Shown in pieces: positions 60,038-64,000 of a stretch of DNA of 64,000 nt. A program made the translations under genes and the position numbers. The DNA lies in assembly GCA_002354635.1 (NCBI GenBank), contig DELZ01000005.1:40626-104625 (forward strand), written 5' to 3'. How positions within the stretch are numbered: the stretch's first letter is position 1; every line of letters begins with the position of its first letter. Below the pieces are notes generated by a model that saw only the letters and a list, made by a program, of their open reading frames with translations, ran no database searches and was not told the DNA's origin. This DNA is from Sphingomonadales bacterium UBA2683 (GTDB lineage Bacteria > Pseudomonadota > Alphaproteobacteria > Sphingomonadales > Sphingomonadaceae).

Positions 60038-60594
60038 ATCACCGCCGCGCGCCGGCCATAGCGATCGCCGGCAATCACGTCCTGCAACAGCTCCGGTTCG
60101 ATGTCTCGTTGTTGACCCGATGTATGCAGGACGCACACATCTCCCGTGGTTTCGGCAACCACGGCCAGAATTTGCGAAAACTGGAAGACATTGGCCTCGC
60201 GCAATTTGCCCCAGAGGTCACTCTCGGTCATTTTCGCTTTTTTCAGTTGGTCATGCTGGACTTCGCTGCCAATCATGATCAGCCGCGGTTTGTTGTCCGC
60301 CAATGTCTGCAGACCGGGAAACCGGCTGCGCAAGACCGCCATACCGATCTGCAGCCCGAACAGACAGACGAGCGCGGCGACACCACTGGCGAGCGGCGGA
60401 TCCTTGCTCGTGATCACCGAAGCCAGCACCGAACCGATCGCGACGGTGACGGCAAAGTCGAAGCCGCTCATCTTAGAAAAGCTGCGAACACCCGCCAGCC
60501 GGGTGAGCAGGATTACCGTGACATACATGACCGATGCCGACAGTGCGATCAACGCGACCTCGGACCAGCCCGAACCTATCCAGTCACTCAACAT
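60034..60594 (-). CDS. DUF421/YetF family membrane protein
   Basis: GVRSFSKMSGFDFAVTVAIGS, LREAN, AETTGDV.VL. Confidence 0.88.
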   Translation of the reverse strand: MLSDWIGSGWSEVALIALSASVMYVTVILLTRLAGVRSFSKMSGFDFAVTVAIGSVLASVITSKDPPLASGVAALVCLFGLQIGMAVLRSRFPGLQTLADNKPRLIMIGSEVQHDQLKKAKMTESDLWGKLREANVFQFSQILAVVAETTGDVCVLHTSGQQRDIEPELLQDVIAGDRYGRRAAVI

Positions 60595-60623
60595 CAGTCA
60601 GGTTCCGTATATCGCGCAACAGT

Positions 60624-61091
60624 TCAGGCAACTTCCTGTTTCTCCACCGGTTTGCGCTTGTCAAAAATCCTGGACAATTCTTCCGCCCGCTCTTCGCTCA
60701 ACCCTTTCCTGGCGGCGGCGAATATCTCGTTCTCTTCCTCGTCCATATGATGCTCAAGTCGCTCTCTGAGGGTCTTGAACCGCGTGAGCCAGCCGGTGCT
60801 GCTGAACTCCATATCGACCAGTTCCTCGAAATAGTCTTCTGCTTCCTTGTGCTCGGCCACCGAGTGACGGCCCTTGTCCTGCAGATCTGGCCGGGACAGC
60901 ATTTCGGCATAGAGCGACTGCTCCTCTGCATTGGCATGGGCAGACACATCAATACGAAGCTGTTCGAATAACTCGCGCCGCTCCTTGGTGTCGCCGCTCG
61001 TATCGCCGACCTTTTCCAGCATTTCGCGGTGCCGGTCGTGATCCTGTTTCAGGCGGGAAAAAATATCGGTCATAGTATCTCCATCAATCAT
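60624..61091 (-). CDS. Hemerythrin/HHE cation-binding domain protein
   Basis: LKQDHD, HANAEEQSLY, EH, HHMDEEENEIF. Confidence 0.88.
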   Translation of the reverse strand: MIDGDTMTDIFSRLKQDHDRHREMLEKVGDTSGDTKERRELFEQLRIDVSAHANAEEQSLYAEMLSRPDLQDKGRHSVAEHKEAEDYFEELVDMEFSSTGWLTRFKTLRERLEHHMDEEENEIFAAARKGLSEERAEELSRIFDKRKPVEKQEVA

Positions 61092-61470
61092 ATTCTCCCC
61101 TTCACGACGCACCAGCCGGCCAATAGTTGCATTGCCAGATCCCGCGGTCGCGCTTTGTGGGGAGCTGTTCCGGTCGCGAAGGCGTGCTCGTACCCGTTAT
61201 CCCATGTCAAAAACCACAGTGCCTTGGGGTTCCGGCAGGAAGTGAAAATATTTCGTATTCGCCGCAACCAATTTTGCTGCCGACGGTTATCAAGATTGAA
61301 TGGATGTCGACCCGCGACCCGGTGTTGCCTTCATTCCTCAAAGACCGGCTGGAAAATTGGCCCTATCGTATACCCCCGTTTACCAAGGGGTCGATTTTCC
61401 AGCTACTTTTCACCCATCCGACAATTTACCGCCGTTTCGCATCCCGCCGCCGTCCAGGCCTGGCCCGGAC

Positions 61471-61504
61471 AAAAAAATGGCCAGGACATAATGCCTGGCC
61501 ATTT
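61471..61504 (-). terminator. Rho-independent terminator after the small lipoprotein gene
   Basis: Minus strand AAATGGCCAGG-N8-CCTGGCCATTT followed by further Ts. Confidence 0.8.
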
Positions 61505-61523
61505 CTGTCTAAGAGACGGAAAA

Positions 61524-61751
61524 TTACTTTTCCGAAGGCATCGTGACGTCAACGTCAGGAACATCCACGGTCACTTCTTCCGAACCGACTTCGACATCAG
61601 CCGTTTCCACGTCGATTTCAGGCAATTCGCCAGCATCGCCGGAAACGTCAACATCTACGGAAGGCATTTCGCCTTCCTCTTTAACATTGGCTTCGCAGCC
61701 GGCAAGCGCCAGGCCGGCAGTCAATACTGCTGCAATCGCTACTTTATTCAT
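61524..61751 (-). CDS. Small acidic lipoprotein
   Basis: Lipobox LALAGC, Val/Asp/Glu alternating repeats, GGAG RBS. Confidence 0.85.
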   Translation of the reverse strand: MNKVAIAAVLTAGLALAGCEANVKEEGEMPSVDVDVSGDAGELPEIDVETADVEVGSEEVTVDVPDVDVTMPSEK

Positions 61752-61782
61752 TGTGAACTCCCTTCATTGGTTCGTTATATGC

Positions 61783-61807
61783 AACGCCGACTTCTGGATA
61801 GAGTTCC
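61783..61807 (-). promoter_or_regulatory. EcfG/sigma-T (general stress response) promoter
   Basis: Minus strand GGAAC-TCTATCCAGAAGTCGG(16)-CGTT, exact consensus, 32 bp upstream of the ATG. Confidence 0.8.
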
Positions 61808-61821
61808 CCACCATCGCAAAT

Positions 61822-62559
61822 TTATTTGCGGCCCAGTCGCATACGGAATGCATCGAGGTGAAAATAGCTGGAATCAAATTGACTGATTTCCGCCAGGCGG
61901 GCCTGATCCCTGAACAGAATCCATCCGTTATTCCGCTCGAGCAAGCCATCCCGCTCGAGTTGGCGCAACACCCGGTTGGTATGGATTGGGGTCAGGCCGA
62001 GCGCGTCGGCAATAACCGTTTGCGTCAGCGGCACGCGAAAGCCGTCGCCATTGCCGGCACCGGTGATCAGCACGCGTCGATAGAGTTCGAGCAAGAAATG
62101 GCCAATTCTTTCCCGGGCGGTCTGCTTGCCGTTGCGCACGATCTGTTCACGCAGGAAAGCCTCTTCCTGAACCTGCATCCACCAGAAAGCGAGAGTCAAC
62201 TTCCCTGATTCGGTCAGCAGGCGGCGAAATTCGGCAGGCCGGACTGACAGGCAGGACAAGCTGGTGACGGATTTCACCGAATGATCCGCTTCGGCCGCCA
62301 CCAACACCTGAAGATCGAACATGTCTCCGGGCAGGAGCACGTTCAAAACCTGACGCCGGCCATCTTCCAGCATCTTGTAACGGATCGCCCAGCCTTCCTT
62401 GACAATGAGCACGCTATCCAGTTCCTGACCGGCATCGACGATTTCGGTATTTTTCTCGTAATGCTGTTCCCGTCCGTCGATCTGCATGATGACCTGCCGG
62501 TCGATATCATCAAGATCGGCATAAAAGGATATCCGCCGCAGCAATGCCTTTCGTGCCAC
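61822..62559 (-). CDS. Crp/Fnr family transcriptional regulator
   Basis: cNMP-binding region (EGWAIRYKMLEDGRRQVL..LLPGD), ARERIGHFL, HTH LTQTVIADALGLTPIHTNRVLRQL. Confidence 0.92.
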   Translation of the reverse strand: MARKALLRRISFYADLDDIDRQVIMQIDGREQHYEKNTEIVDAGQELDSVLIVKEGWAIRYKMLEDGRRQVLNVLLPGDMFDLQVLVAAEADHSVKSVTSLSCLSVRPAEFRRLLTESGKLTLAFWWMQVQEEAFLREQIVRNGKQTARERIGHFLLELYRRVLITGAGNGDGFRVPLTQTVIADALGLTPIHTNRVLRQLERDGLLERNNGWILFRDQARLAEISQFDSSYFHLDAFRMRLGRK

Positions 62560-63998
62560 TAGCCGTTCCCCTGTCCATCAGGAGCCGGAAATGTAATCTT
62601 GCATTTGAGGCCATCCACCGCCCAATCCCTTTCAATTGTCCCGCGCAAGTTGCGGGTGATGCTGTGATCGATGAGCGAAGACCCAAACCCGGCAGCAGAT
62701 GGAGTGGACTGCGCCTGGCTCCCTCCGCTTTCCGTCCAGCTCAATTCTACCATATCCGGCCCGTCTTTTTCGGCACGGATCTTCCAGTTGATGCTGACCA
62801 GCCCGGTGCCTGCGGTCAGTGCACCATATTTCGCCGCATTGGTGGCCAGTTCGTTGAGCACGAGCGATATCGAGACCATCGCATTTTCCGCCAGAATGAT
62901 ATCAGGCCCGGACCATTGGACTCCGGGATAGGTCCTGCACAGATCCTCCACAAGCGCGGCAAAGGAACCGGTAACAAAATTGGTGTCGAGCAGGATTTGC
63001 TGGGCCCGATTGAGCGCGCTCAAACGGTGGTGTATTCTCTCGATATAGTCATCGATCGAGGTGGCCGAGCCCTTGGTCAGCGTCATAATCGATTGCAGCG
63101 TCGCGAAAAGATTGCGCAGGCGATGATGGAGTTCGCGGGTGTGCAGCTTGAGCCGTTCCTGCTGGTCCACACTATGGGTTATGTCCTTGTTGATGCCAGT
63201 CAGCGTCGGCCGGCCATTTGACTCGAGATAGTCGCCATATCCCTCCAGCCACCGGGTTTCCCCCGATGGCAAAACAATCCGGAAGCGAGCCTCAAATTTT
63301 TCCAGTTCATCCACTGCCGCGCTCATCGCCAGCCTCACGGTATCTCTGTCTTCGGGATGGACGCGGTCCAGAGCGCTATCTACTTCGGAAACCGCTTCGC
63401 CCGCATCTTTTCCCCATATTTTCATGTAGGCACCACCCCATTCGATCATCCCCGATTCCAGATCGATCCGAAAGCTGGCAATGTCGCTGAGGGCGAGGGT
63501 AAGATCGAGATTTGAGCGAGCGATTGCGGTATTTTTCTGCGCCTGCTCGCGCAACCCGATCTCGCGGCTCAGCTCCATTTCACTCATCACGATTTCCGCC
63601 AGGCTCTTGAGCTTGTTCAACTGGTTCGCGGTTATCCGGAATCGCGGGACCGTGTCCGCGATCCACAGCCCTCCCAGCAGCTTGCCATTCGGTGCGATCA
63701 ACGGCGCACCTGCATAAAACCGGACAAAAGGTTCCCCGCTGACCAAGGGATTGTTGGCGAACCGCGGATCGAGCGAGGCATCCTCGACCACCAACGGTTC
63801 TCCGCTTTCAATCATCCGGGTGCAGATCGAAACATTCCGTCCAAGTTGGGATTCTGCAAACCCGACCGCAGATTTGAACCACTCCGTGTCCGCATCGACG
63901 AGCGAGATGGCGGCCAGCGGCGCAGAGAAAATATCGGCCACCAGCCGGGTTATTCGATGGAAGGCATTTTCCGGCGCATTATCCAGCATCTTGTAGCT
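62559..63998 (-). CDS. GAF-PAS HWE-family histidine kinase (5' end lies outside the window)
   Basis: GAF (RFYAGAPL), PAS (VHPEDR), ELHHRLRN, NELATNAAKYGAL, WTESGG; frame stays open to the window edge. Confidence 0.92.
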   Translation of the reverse strand, partial: SYKMLDNAPENAFHRITRLVADIFSAPLAAISLVDADTEWFKSAVGFAESQLGRNVSICTRMIESGEPLVVEDASLDPRFANNPLVSGEPFVRFYAGAPLIAPNGKLLGGLWIADTVPRFRITANQLNKLKSLAEIVMSEMELSREIGLREQAQKNTAIARSNLDLTLALSDIASFRIDLESGMIEWGGAYMKIWGKDAGEAVSEVDSALDRVHPEDRDTVRLAMSAAVDELEKFEARFRIVLPSGETRWLEGYGDYLESNGRPTLTGINKDITHSVDQQERLKLHTRELHHRLRNLFATLQSIMTLTKGSATSIDDYIERIHHRLSALNRAQQILLDTNFVTGSFAALVEDLCRTYPGVQWSGPDIILAENAMVSISLVLNELATNAAKYGALTAGTGLVSINWKIRAEKDGPDMVELSWTESGGSQAQSTPSAAGFGSSLIDHSITRNLRGTIERDWAVDGLKCKITFPAPDGQGNG

Positions 63999-64000
63999 GT

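Overview
A mostly housekeeping segment of an alphaproteobacterial chromosome, probably Sphingomonadales (Parasphingorhabdus/Sphingorhabdus-like, inferred from gene content and ~60% GC). Recognisable loci: leucyl aminopeptidase, two EthA-like flavin monooxygenases, rimO, K+ channel-M23-surE-serS, dksA, a LytS/LytTR pair, MATE, SleB-type hydrolase, class II DAHP synthase, ilvE, tonB-exbB-exbD-exbD, hom, glpX, recJ, tRNA-Gln(TTG), tRNA-Glu(TTC), a beta-oxidation cluster, and a general-stress-type cluster (HWE kinase, Crp/Fnr regulator, hemerythrin, DUF421). The main anomaly is a ~5 kb accessory hotspot at 7.3-12.4 kb. It contains (i) a GNAT gene bracketed by a 210-bp diverged direct duplication of the 3' end of a membrane-protein gene; (ii) a low-GC, coupled two-gene cassette (unknown protein + FRG-domain protein), my best candidate for an undescribed defence/conflict system; (iii) mirror-image G-rich and C-rich flanks around that cassette; (iv) an orphan small-terminase-like HTH gene whose N-terminus is read through palindromic repeats; and (v) at least five distinct REP-like repeat families. 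No integrase or transposase is visible. Other oddities: an OmpR-type regulator with Glu at the phospho-acceptor position, an orphan truncated pal copy, a VPAPP-variant PEP-CTERM protein, a perfect EcfG-type promoter and a perfect CtrA box. All family calls come from motif recognition and GC values from hand counts of sampled lines; no searches were run.
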